Below, piece after piece: positions 22,925 to 36,915 of a stretch of DNA of 64,000 nucleotides. The notes under the pieces are model-generated. The model saw only the letters and a list, made by a program, of their open reading frames with translations, ran no database searches and was not told the DNA's origin. Positions within the stretch are counted from its first letter, which is position 1. Each line of letters begins with the position of its first letter. The position numbers and the translations under genes are program-made. Where the stretch lies: NCBI RefSeq assembly GCF_963921235.1, contig NC_086097.1:53508001-53572000 (forward strand), in the 5' to 3' direction. This DNA is from Mobula hypostoma. Lineage: Eukaryota.

Positions 22925-24622
22925 TAGATAGAAACACAGAGATATAGAAAATTTACAGCACATTACAGGCCCTTCGGCCCACAATGTGCCAACATAGAGT
23001 AGTGTAACCTACTCCAGAAGCTGCCTAGAATTGCTCTACTGTACAGCCCTCTTTTTCTAAGCTCCATGTACCTATCTAAGAGTCTCTTAAAAGACCGTAT
23101 TTTATCCGCCTCTACCACCGTCACTGGCAGTGCATTCCATGCATCCACCACTCTCTGCATGGAAAAACTTACCCCTGACATCCCCCTTGTACCTACTTCC
23201 AAGCACCTTAAAACTATGTCCCCTCGTGTTAGCCAATTCAGCCCTGGGGAAAAAGCCTCTGACTAGCCACACGATCAATGCCTCTCATCATCTTATACAC
23301 CTCTATCAGGTCACATCTCATCCTCCATCGCTCCAAGGAGAAAAAGCCAAATTCACTCAAACTATTCTAATAAAACATGCTCTCCAATCCAGGCCACATC
23401 CTTGTAAATCTCCTCTGCAGTCTTTCTATAGCATCCACATTCTTCCTGTAATGAGGTGACCAGAACTGAACACAGTACTCTAAGTGGGGTCTGGCCAGGG
23501 TCTTGTATAGCTGTAGCATTACCTACTGGCTCTTGAACTCAATCCCACAGTTGATGAAGGCCAACACACCATATGCCTTCTTAACAACCCTGTCAATCTG
23601 GGCAGCAGCTTTGAGTGTCCTATGGACATGGACCCCAAGGTCTTGCTGATCCTCCACACTGCTAAGAATCTTACCATTAATATTATGTTCTGTCTTCAAA
23701 TTTGACCTACCAAAATGAACCACTTCACATTTATCTGGGTTGAACTCCACCTGTTACTACTCAGCCCAGTTCTGCATCCTATCAATGTCCCGCTGTAACT
23801 TCTGACAACCTTCAAAACTATCTACAACACCCCCAACTTTTGTATCATTAGCAGACTTACTAACCCACCCTTCTACTTCCTCATCCAGGTCATTTATAAA
23901 CATCACAAAGAGGAGGGCTTCCAGAACAGATCCCTGTACAACCACTGGTCACCGACCTCCATTCAGAACACGAACCATCCACAACCACACTTTGCTTTCT
24001 GTGGTCAAGCCAATTCTGGATCCACAAAGCAAGGTCTCCTTGGATCCCATGCCTCATTACTTTCTGAATCGCCTTGCATGGGGAACCTTATCAGATGCCT
24101 TGCTGAATTCCATATACACTATATCCACTGCTCTACCTTCATCAATATCCTTTGTTACATTCTCAAAGAGTTCAATCAGGTTCATAAGGCATGACCTGCC
24201 CTTGACAAAGCCATGCTGACTATCCCTAATCAGATTAAATCTCTCCAAATGCTCATAAATTCTGCCTCTCAGGATCTTCTCCAACAACTTGCCCACCACT
24301 GAAGGAAAACTCACTGGTCAATAATTTCCTGGGTTATCTCTACTCCCTTTCTTGTGCAAGGGAACAACATTTGCAACCTTCCAATCCTCTGGGTCTTCTC
24401 CCATCCCTATTGATGATGCAAAGGTCATTGCCAGAGGCTCAGCAATCTCCTCCCTCGCTCCCCACGGTAGCCTAGGGTATAACTCGTCCAGTCCCGGTGC
24501 CTTATCTAACTTAATGATTTTCAAAAGCTGCAGCACATCCTCTTTCTTAATCTCGATGCACTCAAGCACTTCAGTCGGCTTTAAGTCATCCCCACAATTG
24601 CCAAGGTCCTTTTCACTGGTGA
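22925..24622 (-). mobile_element. CR1 LINE, 5'-truncated (RT domain)
   Basis: [51 protein letters not shown]. Confidence 0.95.
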
Positions 24623-25489
24623 GTTACTTGAAGTGACAGTACTACTAGACAACCCTGAGATAGTTTGTGGCTGTAACCCCCTAGATGTAAAGTATTGGCT
24701 GTGTGGAAAAAAACATCAAAGGAGAAATTACAAGTGGTTAATGGGGCTTATCTGATTTTCCCTTGTAAGTTGAAGGAACTTAAAGGAAATGGGCAAGGCA
24801 TCTGTATAGGTATACACATGAAGTTTCCTATCTAGATACTACTCTTAGAAAGATTCTCTTTATCACCCAGTGACGTGAATGAAAAATTAACCTTCAACAG
24901 ATAAGCAGACTGATTAATGACAGAAAGACAAGTATCAACCATTATCTTGACTTTTCTATTATTATATTTAAAACATCTTGGCCATGAAAGTGAACCACTG
25001 CCCTGGCTGCATGCTATTTTACCTGGAACCTGGTGTGTGTCCCTGCCTTCCACTGGCTCTCCTGCCATACTGCATTGCCCAGGGCTCAGGGCAGAGAAGA
25101 GAGAAGCTCTCTCTGAGGGCTAACTTTGAAATTGATGGCGCTACTCTGCACTAAGATCTGGGGCACATTGGGGCAGGCCCCGCTAGGGACTAGCTAGGGC
25201 TGCTCCATCTATTGAGAGATTATCTAGATTCTGTTTGGAATTGACAGAGGCTGCTGCATCTCCTTCTCTCTTGGACATCTCTCCCTAGCCTAGGGATTTC
25301 TCTGTGGGGACACTGGTCCCTAGCAATGAGGCACACTTATCACACATACCCAGATGCAGCTGCGAGCCCCACACCTCAGTGCTGACTGGCAGCATCACTT
25401 ACCCCAATCTGCCCAATGTCAGCTCTCTAAGACAGTTCCACCACACTGAGCTGTGGCTGATACAATGCCGTAGGAGAGCCAGTGGAGAG

Positions 25490-26765
25490 CAAGACCATAA
25501 GATATAGGAGCAGAATTAGGCCATTTGGCCCATCGAGTCTGCTCCGCCATTTCATCATGGCTGATGTAATTTTCCTCTCAGCCCCAATCTCCTGCCTTCT
25601 GCCCATATCCCTTCATGCCCTGACCAATCAAGAATCTATCAACCTCTGCCTTAAATATAAATGAAGACTTGGCCTCCACAGCTGCCTGTGACAATGAATT
25701 CCAGAGATTCACCACTCTCTGGATAAAGAAATTCCTCCTCATCTCCGTTCTAAAAGGATGCCCTCTATTTTGAGGCGGTGTCCTCTGGTCTTAGAAACTC
25801 CCACCATTGGGTACATCCTCTCCACATCCATTTAAGCCCTGCTACTTCAGCTTTGTGATATACTTCATATTTAGGATATATCTTTCCTGCACTTTCTGAA
25901 TTGCTCCCAGAAACTCCAGGCATTGCTGCTCTGCCATCATCCCTGTGAGTGTGCCCTTCCAATCAGCTTTGGCCAACTCCTCTCTCATGCCTTTGTAATT
26001 CCCTTTGCTCCACTGTAATACTGATACATCCGATGTTAGCTTCTTCCTCTCAAACTGCAGGGTGAATTCTATCATATTTTGATCATTGCTTCCCAAGGGT
26101 TCCTTTACCTTAAACTTCCTAATCAAATCCGGGTCACTCCAAAGTGCCCAGTTCAGAATTGCTGTTCACCTAGTGGGCTAAACCACAAACTGCTGCGAAA
26201 AGCCATCTCGTAAGCATTCTAAAAATCCCATCTCTCTTGGGATCCAGCACCAGCGTGATTTTACCAAAGTACCTGCATATTGAAATCACCCATGACTCTT
26301 CCAACATTGCTCTTTTTACATGCCTTTTCTATCTCCTGTTGTAATTTGTAGCCCACATACTGGCTACTATTCAGAGCACATAACTCTCATCAGGATCCTT
26401 TTACTCTTGCACTTTCTTAACTCTCCCCACAAGAATTCTACATCTTTCGATCCTATCTTACATCTTTGTAAGGATTTGGTTTAATTTTGTACCATCATAT
26501 CCACACCACCCCCTCTGCTTACCTGCCTGCCCTTTTGGTATAATGTGTATCCTTGGATGTTAAGCTCCCAACTATGATCTTCTTTCAGCCGTTACCCAGC
26601 GATTCCCACAATGTCATATCTGCCAATCTCTAACTGTGCTGTAAGATCATTTATCTTATTCCATATACTGTGTGCTTTCATATACAACACCTTCTATCCT
26701 GTATTCACCCTTTTCGATTTTGGCCCCGTTTTACACTTTAACGCATACCAATGTCTGCAATTTTG
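25490..26765 (-). mobile_element. CR1 fragments (endonuclease region joined to 3' end)
   Basis: KEPLGSNDQNMIEFTLQFE, MVISIC/GDFN-like remnant, and 3' UTR with (ccataag)-type tail. Confidence 0.8.
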
Positions 26766-27959
26766 ATATATCACTTGATACTTATCGTATGTAAAATTAT
26801 CATTTGGTTATGTATACTACAGATTATTAAATAATGTCCTTTAATAACTATTTAATAACTGTCTTTTAATTACTACTTGCAATTAGTAGTAATGAATATC
26901 AAGGATGAATTGTAGATGATTTGTCTTGTCTTTTAAGACTTCTCATAATAATGTAGATTTTAAACTGCTTATATCACATTGTAATAATTTGGAAAAATAA
27001 AGTGGGAGAAATTATATTAAACAAGCTTGTGAGGGTTGTACAGGCAATTTTAAAAATTGCCTATATCACTAATGTATTCTCTTAAGGAATTGCTGTCTCA
27101 TAGAATCACTCTAACCTATCTATTCCTGTAGTGAGATTGATCCTCTAACTAGGAATAGATTTGTGATACTGCTAAATACAAATTGTCATCTTAAAAGTTT
27201 AGAGAGGCAAAAAGTTTTAGGTTGGAAACTTCAGAGGCACTGTTGTCAATGATGAAGCAATTAAATTTGTGGTTGATCAAAAAGCCAGAACTTGAGGAGT
27301 TCATGTATTTTAGAGAATTATAGGTTGGAGATAATTACAGAGATGGAGAGATGATTTGAAATCAAGTGTGAGAATTTTAAAGTTGAAGGCTGGCTTAAGA
27401 TGGACCACTGAATTCTATACCATACTGGCATCCTTATCAATTTTACTTTATTTAAGATGATGATTCTGTAACTGATTCTATCACAAATCTACTAAATGTA
27501 TTATAGGTCATTTCTGCAAGCATTTGGGTCATTGGTGAGAGTGTGCTTGTCACCATGGACTGTACCTCATCTTGTTAAAGAACATAAGTAAAGATATTTT
27601 CCCATTTCATTAACTTGCTTTCATTGAAGTCAAAAGCTTTCAGGATCAACTGTGGCATGATCCTTAATTATAAATAGATCCCGTGTATGAGTTTGGTGCT
27701 TATATTTGTGCACTACAGAAAAAAGTATTTTGCCCCATGACATTCAACATCAATGTGTCTATGTTACTGAGCTCTTCTTTAAGGGTACTTTAAAAATCTG
27801 TCAAACTATAAAAAGTTCCAATCTTCATACACATTGATGTCGCTAATTAATTCCATTTATTTACATTTTATAAAAAGAAATAATTAACTGTTTCATTCTC
27901 TGCAATTCTTACAAAAGGGAAAATTAACGTTTATCAATAGAAAAAAGAGTACTTTAGTT

Positions 27960-28078
27960 TCCGCCCAAAACGTTGACTGTATTTTTTTCCATAGATGCTA
28001 CCTGGCCCGCTGAGTTCCTCTAGTATTTTGTGTGTGTTGCTTGGATTTCCAGCATCTGCAGACTTTCTTTTGTTTGTT
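27960..28078 (+). mobile_element. Penelope terminal fragment (3' half of hammerhead motif)
   Basis: gcccaaaacgttgactgt...atagatgct...ctgagttcctc..gcatctgcaga, homologous to 5463-5570. Confidence 0.8.
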
Positions 28079-29264
28079 ACTTCAGTGCGATTCTGGTTAT
28101 ATTTATGTGACCTGTGAACTTCTGTAGTCATTGAGAAGGTCAGTGAAGTGGCTGATAGACTTCAGAATCAATTAAGTTATGTTTTTGTAAGTGTTGCTGT
28201 CTAGGCTAACCAGAACATAACGTATTCAAAAGCTTAAACATATATTTAACATTAGTTAGGATTTTAAAGAACAGTTTTAAAATTGAATCAGTGTTTTGAA
28301 AATAAAAATAGTGAGGTAACCAAACTATGTACACTGTAAATTAACTCATTCATCCATTTTACCATTTTAGTGTCATCAAAGCATTCTCCCTTTAATGATG
28401 TAAATTTATTACTGTTAATTCAATTTCTTTCCCAAAATTAAAATGCCATTATTAAACTTCCTTTGCATTTTTGAAATGTAGAGAATGAGAAGGATGAGTA
28501 AGTAGGTTGTGAACAATGAACCATTAAATTCCATGTCTAAATAAATGTTCCTATATGCATAAACTCTTCAAGTAAGCAGTAAGATTACTGTTTATGATAT
28601 GTCCTTCCTGTTTCCTCCATGTTGGGTCGGTAGTATTGTACACATGGATTTTATTAGAATGCACCATTTTTACATACAAGAACCTTGCCAAAATGTATTT
28701 TCTGCTTTCATCTCAGTTCAGTTCCAGTGCCTGCTAATAGCAACTTCTCATATGATGGTTGTACTAATCACATTAAGGTCATAACAATTATTTTTAAAAG
28801 GGCTGTAGAGCGTTGCTAAAGATGTTCTTTGTCACTTACTGCCAAATACCATCGCTGTCTTGTACTGTGTCAAGTAAGCTGCTCACACTGCAAACCTTTA
28901 CTGCTTCTTCCAAATAGTAAAACAGTTTTGGAGTTTATTTTGTCATGTGAAAAGGCTAGACTTTGGCACCTTTGACAGCTGTAGTTTTAGAGACCACCAG
29001 TGATGATATAAAATACTGGTGAATCCCCCAAATTTAAATGCTGCAGCAACTAATCATAGGCTAGAGCACCACAGGAGGTCAGGAAGTTCATTTCTTTTGG
29101 ATAATGATGTTACATTAGATGGTGCCACAACCACAGCATTCTAAGTACTCAAGGAAAAATAAATGGGTATTTGCTTTAAATTCTAGAGGTTGTTTTCCAA
29201 AGGGACAAAATTGCTGTTTGCTGAACAGATCCATGGTTCATAGACTGAATGTGTTACATTAGCC

Positions 29265-30689
29265 TGTCATAAGGGGACATTGGGAGCGGACCCAAATGTA
29301 AGACACAAACACTGAAATACTAGGAACAGGACAAGGTGTTTCAAGAAAGCAAGGGGAGTCAGGAAGAAATGACGCTGGACACGGACATGGACACAGGCCC
29401 TGGACAAGACAAGGACACCAGGCCTGGGCTAGGACTAAAACTAGGAAAGCGGGACCAAGACGAGGAACTTGAAACTAGGAGCCTGGGCTACCCAGAGACT
29501 GGACAGGGACCCGGAACTTGGGTCTTGACTTGGGCTTGGACCCCGGATCTAGGCGAGGACAAGACATGGCTATAGGACTGAACGTGGAACTCCTGCACAG
29601 GACAAGGCACATGGACAGGATGAGAACACAAAGCCATGACTTGGACAGGACGAGGTTCTTGGACTAGGCTTAGACAAGATGAGGTTCTAGGACTTGGCTT
29701 GGACAGGATGAGAGACTCCTGGACAGGACAAGGGAACTCCAGCAGAGAACAAGGGAACTTCAGCACAGAACGTGGCTCTTGAACTGGATTTGGGTCGGTT
29801 CTTGGACTCGGCTTGGTTAGGCTCTTGGGTATGGAGCCAGGACCCTTCCTAGGGACGCAAGGCCGGGATGACTGCCGAGGATTTGGATGGGGATGATCCA
29901 GCACAGGACGAGGAATCTCCAGCACTGGACTGGGCGAGGTACTCCTGGGCTGGGTGAGGAACCGGAACTAGATGAGGACACGAAGCTTAGATTTGGACAG
30001 GGCTGGAACACGGCACCTGGACTTGGACTTGGAACACAGGAACACAGAGCCTTGGACTTGGGCTTGAGGCTCAGAGCCTGGACATGGACTGGACGAGGTA
30101 CTCCAGGGCAGGACATGGCTCTTGGACTTGAGCACAGGAACAAGGAAAACAGAGCCAGAACCCCTCCTTGGGATCAGGACATAGCGCCAGGACTCGTACA
30201 CAGAACACAGAGCCAGGACCCCCCCTTTGGAACAGGACGTAGGGCCGGGACTCATCTTAAACGTGAACACTAAACACAGGGGCACAAAGAGACAGTTCCA
30301 AACTCAACAATAGATAGTTCCTTATCTTGGCATGGCAAGGCTCTGGTCTCACTCCGGCAGTTGAACTTGACAGCGATACAGGCAAGGACGCAGGCGAGGT
30401 TGCAGGCAAAGGTAGCAGATGAAGATTACAGATGAAGGTTAGTGCCAAAATAACTGTTGAGATAAACTGCCAAAGTAACTACCAGGGATTCAGATGGGGA
30501 GGGGAAGGGAACAGTCCAGCTAACAATCCCTGGTTTGCAGAGGTATTTATGTGCCAGACCGAAATGAGAATCAGGTGCCTCAATTAAAGGCACCCAACAG
30601 AACAAGGGAGAAAACAGGAAAACCCGGAACAAGTCTCGATGGACCGGACTGTCAACCGGAATGTGGAGTTTGCGGACCGGACCAAGACA
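29265..30689 (-). mobile_element. Solo LTR (Gypsy-type) with internal degenerate tandem repeats
   Basis: TGTC...GACA termini; perfect 5-bp TSD TAGCC (29260-29264, 30690-30694); TATA-like ATAAATA on the minus strand near 30545-30551; repeated ggactt/ggacaggacgagg units. Confidence 0.85.
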
Positions 30690-31234
30690 TAGCCATATTT
30701 ATGTTGGCACCTATATTTGATTACTGTATTCCTATCATGGGAATGAAAAAATCTTGCATTTCCAATTAATAGCCTTTGTGATTTCATAAAGTGGTTAAAA
30801 TATAGGAGGACATTTGGCCCATCATATCCTGCTCCATATAACCTAAAAATTCCACTCCACTGGTCCCTTCTTCATAGCCAGGTAAACACTTCCTAGCAAA
30901 ATATTCATCCAATTTCCTCGAGAAGGCTATATTGAAAACTATGTCATCTCCACATCTACAGGCTGTGCAGGCCAGATTCCAATTATATACTGTGTAACAA
31001 AAAAAATCTTCATTTCATAGCTAGTATCTTTTCCCAAGACCGAAAATGTCTAATACCAGAAGGCGTACAATAAGCAGAGAAGTTTCAATGAGACAAGGGG
31101 GCAAGTGGTTTTTTACACATGGAGTGGAGAGTGCCTGGGGTGGTGGTGGAGGCAAATAAAATAAAGTGCTCAACATTCTTAAGTGTACAGAAAATGGAAG
31201 GATATAGATATTGTGTAGGCAGAAGGAATTAGTA

Positions 31235-32355
31235 GCCTGCCTCAATGACTATCATCCAGTAGCACTTATCCACTGTAATGAAATGTTTTGAGAGGTTTGT
31301 CAACTCCTGAGTAAGAAGTGACTTGGATCTATTCCAATTGGCCTAATGGCACAACAGATCTACAGAAGATGCTATTTCATTGGGTCTTCACTCACCCCTG
31401 GAACATCTGGACAGCAAAGATACATATATACATATATATATAGATATAGATAGATAGATATCAGGATGCTCTTTGTCGTCTACAGTTTAGCATTCAATAC
31501 CATCTTCCCCTCAAAACTAATTAATAAGCTTCGGGATCTTGGCTTCAATATCTCCTTGTGCATTTGGACACTCGATTCCGAAACCTGCAGACCCCAGTCA
31601 GTTCAGATTGACAACAATATCTCCTCCAGAATTTACATCAGCACACGTGCACCACAAGGCAGTGTGCTTAGCCCCTTCTCTACTTGCTTTACATTTATGA
31701 CTGTATGACCAAGCACAGCTCCAATGCCATATTCAAGTTTGCTGACAACACGTAGGCAGAATCAAAGGTGGTGACGAATCAGCATATAAGAGGGAGACTG
31801 AAAATCTGCCCGAGTGGTGCCACAGCAACATCCTCTCAGCGTCATCAAGACAAGGAGCTGACTATTGACTCAGGAGGAAGAAAATGGAGGTCCATGAGCC
31901 TTACTGGGGGATCAGAGGTGGAGAGGGTCTGCAACTTTAAATTCCTAGGTGTTATAATTTCAGAGGACCTGTCCCGGGCCCAGCATGTAAGTAAAATTAT
32001 GAACGAAGCACGGCAGCACCTCTACTTCCTTAGAAATTTGTGAAGATTCGGCATGACATCTAAAACTTTGATGAACTTCAATAGGTGTGTGGTGAAGAGT
32101 ATATTCACTGGTTGACTGCTTAATATTTATTGCTTATTTATTTATTATTATTTATTTTTGTCTTTTGTATTTGCACATTTTGTTGTCTTTTGCACTCTTG
32201 TTGTTTGTCTGCCCTGCTGGAGGTGGTCTTTCATTGATTTTATTATCGTTCTTGATTTTACTGAGTATGCCCACAAGAAAATGAATCTCCGGGTTGTATA
32301 TGATGACGCGTTCAGTATGTAAACTGATAGTAGATTTCATTTGAACTTTGAACTT
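31235..32355 (+). mobile_element. Rex1/Babar LINE fragment (contains TA/GATA microsatellite at 31420-31462)
   Basis: LNDY.PVAL, SLAFNTI.PSKLI.KL, APQGSVLSP, KFAD, FKFLGV.ISEDL; (gaacttt) tail. Confidence 0.85.
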
Positions 32356-32356
32356 G

Positions 32357-34210
32357 AACATAACATGGAATATAGAACGGTAGAGCATAGTACAGACACT
32401 TTGGCCCATGATATTTTACCAACCCTCTAACCTACTCCAAGATCAAAATAACCACATAGCCTTCCATTTTTCTTCCATCCGTGTGCATATCTAAGTCTCT
32501 GATCCCCCAATGACAACTGGCTCATGAGCCTCTGTTTTCCTCCTCCTGAAGTCATCTTAAGTCATCTGACATTAAATGTCCCCAATGTATCTGCCTCTAT
32601 CACCACCCCTGGAAGCATGTTCTACACACCTACCACACTCTGTGTAAAATCCTGACATCTTTCCTATGTTTACCTCCAAACTGTTTAAAGCTTTGCCCCC
32701 TCATATTAGCCATATCTGCCCTGCGATAAAGGCGCTAGCTGTCCACTCCAACTATGCCTCCTATCATCTTGTACATCTCTGTCCTATCACTTCCCACCTT
32801 CCTTCTCTTGAAAGAGAAAAGTCCTATCTCACTCACATCCGGGAGGAATGCTGATAAATTACATCTGCATGCTCTCTAAGGCTTCAATAGGTTCATAGGT
32901 GCATTTAATGTCAGAGACACATATTCAGTATACACCCTGAAATCCTTTTTCTTCGCAAACAGCCATGAAAATAGAGGAGTGCCCCAAAGAATGAATGACA
33001 GTTAAACATTAGAACCCCAAACCCCACTCCCCAGCTCCCCCGTCCATGCATAAGCTGTAGCAAGGTTACGACCCCTGTCCCTCACCAGCAAAAAAGCATC
33101 AGCGCTCTCCTCCGAGCACTCAAGCATGCAGCAAAGCATCAATGAAGTCATAGGCTTGCAGTATCCCTAAGACTACTTATTCACCCAGTAATTCAACATA
33201 CTACAGGCTCTCTCTCTCTCTACCCTAATAAACGAAAAAGAGAGGTCCCCATTTCACAGCGAGGGAGGAAACATAACAAACAACTTGTTGATTTATGATG
33301 TTATAAGTCTGTTGCATCGTTTTTTTCCGAGCTCTGTGCCCAGAGAGTTAGCCCCAGGAAGGCTCAGGTCTCTGGACAATCCTTTCTATAGTGAGGTGAC
33401 CAGAACTGAACACAATATTCCAAATGTGGTCTGACCAGAGTTTTATAGAACTGTTAACATTTTGTTGTGGCTCTTGAACTCAGTCCTTGAGTGATGAAGG
33501 TCAACACACCATATGCCTTTTTAACCACTTTTTCAGCTTTGGGTTGATAAGCAACTTAGGGATCTATGGACATGATCCCACTGTTCCTCCAAACTGTTAA
33601 GAATCTTACCATTAACACTGTACACTGCCTTCGATTTGACCTTCCAAAGTGAATCACCTTTCCATATTGAACTCCATCTGCCATTTCTCAGCCCAGCTCT
33701 GTATCCTATCAATGCCTCATTGTACCCTATGACAACTTTCTACACTATCTACAGCACCAGCAAACTTTGTATCATTTGCAAACTTACTAGCCATCTCGGC
33801 CCTTCTAGTCCGTGCCGAACTCTTACTCTCACCTAGTCCCACCAACCTGCACTCAGTCCATAACCCTCCATTCCTTTCTTGTCCATATAGCTATACAATT
33901 TAACCACTTGTGCTGGAAGTTTGTTCCACACAGCTACCATTCTCTGAGTAAAGAAGTTCCCCCTCATGTTACTCCTAAACTTTTGTCCTTTAACTCTCAA
34001 CTCATGTCCTCTTGCTTGAATCTCCCCCACTCTCAATGGAAAAAGCCTATCCATGTCAACTCTACCTATCCCCTAATAATTTTAAACCCCTCTATCAAGT
34101 CCCCCCTCAACCTTCTACGCTCCAAAGAATAAAGACCTAACTTGTTCAACCTTTCTTTGTAACTTAGGAGATGAAACCCAGGCAACATTTTAGTAAATCT
34201 CCTCTGTCTC
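32357..34210 (-). mobile_element. Cluster of CR1 3' fragments, split by a non-coding non-autonomous insert at about 32887-33378
   Basis: RRFTKMLPG, LGLYSLERRRLRGDLIE, NFFTQR; CR1 sequence resumes across the insert. Confidence 0.8.
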
Positions 34211-34444
34211 AATTTTATTGACATCTTTCTTATTGAGTGTTCAGGAATGACAAGCACTGTAAAGGTATTCCAAGCAAGTTAAGCCCTCAAACACACAAAA
34301 GCACGTCACAATTCCCTGCATTTTAAAATGAGGCTGTTAATGGTTATGCAATGCTTGTTCTTTTGGTGTTTGGGTGCAGTCTGAACAGAAACAAGACTGT
34401 TAGTACATTCTAGAATTTGGAATGTGATTTTGTAAATATGACTC

Positions 34445-35435
34445 AGTCAAGTCATTTGTAAAAATTGCAAAGTGCAGCGGTCCCAGAACAGATCTCTGTG
34501 GAACACCACTTGTTACTGATCTCCAGGTTGTATGCAATCCAGCTACTACCACCCACCGCCTACTGTGGCCAAGCCAATTCTGAATCCACACAGCCAAGTT
34601 TCCCTGGATCCCATGCTTCCTGACTTTCTAAGTAAGCCTAGCATGGGGAACCTTGTCAAAGCTTACTAAAATCCATATACACCTCATCCATCACTCTGCT
34701 TTCATCAATATGTTTTGTCACATCCTCAAAGAATTCAATCAGGCTCATTAAACATAGCCTACCCCTCACAAAGCCTAATCATCACAAAGCATATCCCTAA
34801 TCAGACTATACTTCAAAAATGCTCGTAAACCCTGTTTCTGAGAATCCTAATAGCTTGCCCACCAGTGGTATAAGACTCACTGATCTATAATTCCCAGGAT
34901 GACCCTTCCTACCTTCCTTGAACAAAGGAATTACATTTGCTACCTTTCAGTCCTCTGCGCTACTCCTGTGGGAAATGAGGACACAAAGATCATTGCCAAA
35001 GGTGCAAAAATCTCTTCCCTTGCTTCCTATAATACCTGGGGTATATCCCTTCTGGCCCTGTGGACTTACATATCCCAATGTTTTTCAAAAGTTCCTGCAC
35101 ATCCTCGTTCTTAACATCAACATGTTGCAGCACATCAGCCTGTTCTGTGCAGACCTCACATTCGCCATGGTCCCTTTCACTAGTGACTACTGAAGCAAAG
35201 TATTCATTAGGGATCTCCCCTACCTCCTTCGAGTCAAAGCACATGATTCTTCTTTTGTCACTGATCAGTCCTACACTCACTCTAGGCACTCTCCTATTCT
35301 TCACATACGTGTCAAATGCCTTGGGGTTTTCTTTAATCTTACTTATCAAGGCCTTCTCATGCCAATGTCTGGCTCTGCTAAGGCCGATCTTAAGCTCCTT
35401 CTTGGCTACCTAGTAACTCCTCAGAGCTCTGTTTG
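34445..35435 (-). mobile_element. CR1 ORF2 internal fragment
   Basis: KIKENPKAF..YVKNRR, NEYFASV, SVTSGVPQ.SVLGP. Confidence 0.9.
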
Positions 35436-35439
35436 ATCA

Positions 35440-36615
35440 GTTACTGCCTGTTATGACGCTGGTATTTAGGGCAGCAGTGGAAGTCCTCCATCTCTGTCTG
35501 TCCTTGGCCATCTTCACTATTGTGCCCCAGCTGTGGTCCAAAGTCCTAATTTCTGCCTCTACTGTTTGGCGCCAAGTTGTCTTTGGTCTCCTGCATTTCC
35601 TCTGCCCTTCAGGGGCCTAATGGAGTGCTGTCTTGATGATGGAGTTCGCCTCTCTTCTCATTACGTGCCCAATCCGTCTCCAGCGTTTCCTCATGATGAT
35701 TGTGGCCATATCCTCAGAAGTTCAAAGTTCAATGTAAAATTTATTATCAGAATACATACATGTCACCACATATCACCCTGAGATTCTTTTTCTGCATGTA
35801 TACTTAACAAATCAAAATAAGTGTAATTGTAAACAGGAGCAATGAACAACAAACTGTGCAAATGCCAATATAAATAAATAGCAATAAATAACGAACATAA
35901 AGTAATAAGAAAGATAAAGACACCTTAAAGTGAGATATTTCGCTGTGGGAACACCAGAAGTAGAATGAGTGTAGTTATCCCCCTTTGTTCAAGGGCCTGG
36001 TGGTTGAGGGGTAGTGACTTTTCTTGAACCTGGTGGTGTGAGTCCTGAGGCACCTGGACCTTCTACCTGATGGTAGCAGCTGGTGACACTGAAGCAGTAG
36101 GGCATGGTTTAAGATCTATATTGGCCAGAAAATGCGGAGGATCCTCCAGAAGCTCATGGTGTGGAATGACGACAGCTTGGCAAGGTCATTCTGACCCATA
36201 CAAGAGTGTGGACAGAACACAGCTCTGGTACGGCATCTTCACCTCGGTGTGGGCGCTGTACTCGGTTGATCCCCATATGTTGCTCACTGATCTAAAGATG
36301 TTTCTAGCTTTGCTGAGTCTGCGCTGAATGTCATCCTTGGTCCCACCATCCTGCTGAATGATGCTGCCCAGGAAGGTGAATCTGCCGGTGCTGGGTAAGT
36401 CGATGACGGGAGGAGGAGACTCTACCTTGAGGGTTATGGTCTCAGTCTTTCTCTGGATGACTTTGAGTACAAACTCTCCACCAGTGCTGAGTTTTCTCTG
36501 GCATGTGCTGGTAGTTATGTAAAATTAATGTGAGGTCATCTGCAAGGTCAAGGTCTTCTAGAGTGGAGAATAAAGTCCATCTAATGTCTCTCTGCTTATA
36601 ACCCAGTCAATCACC
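35440..36615 (-). mobile_element. RTE-clade LINE 3' fragment, interrupted by a Rex1 3' fragment at about 35716-36082
   Basis: DLDLADDL, FTFLGSII, G.RKCRRPK.TWRQTVEAE, AKDRQRWR remnants on the minus strand. Confidence 0.7.
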
Positions 36616-36619
36616 AGGT

Positions 36620-36852
36620 TATTCCTTAGAATGTGAAAGATTGAGAGGAGATTTGATAGAGGTTCTTAAAAATTATGAGAGGTATAGACAGGGTAAACGC
36701 AAGCAGGCTTTTTCCACTGAGGTTGGGTGGGACTACAATCAGCGGTCATGGGTTAAGGGTGAAAGGTGAAAAGTTTAAGGGGAACATGAGGGGAAACTTC
36801 TTCATTCAGAGGTTCGTTAGAGTGTGGAATGAGCTGCCAGCACAAGTGGTGC
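36620..36852 (+). mobile_element. CR1 3' ORF2 fragment
   Basis: RGDLIEV.KIMRGIDRV..LFP..GH.LRVKG..RGNFF.QR..RVWNELP. Confidence 0.85.
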
Positions 36853-36915
36853 GTTCAAAAAGCAGTTGATTCATTTTCAACCAATCTGTTTTAGGCCATG
36901 GCAGTCATCACAGGT

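Noticed and set aside
29330..30285. Repeat array or repetitive ORFs resembling CRISPR or a low-complexity protein gene
   Set aside because: No constant repeat with unique spacers; eukaryotic context; contained within a TSD-flanked LTR.
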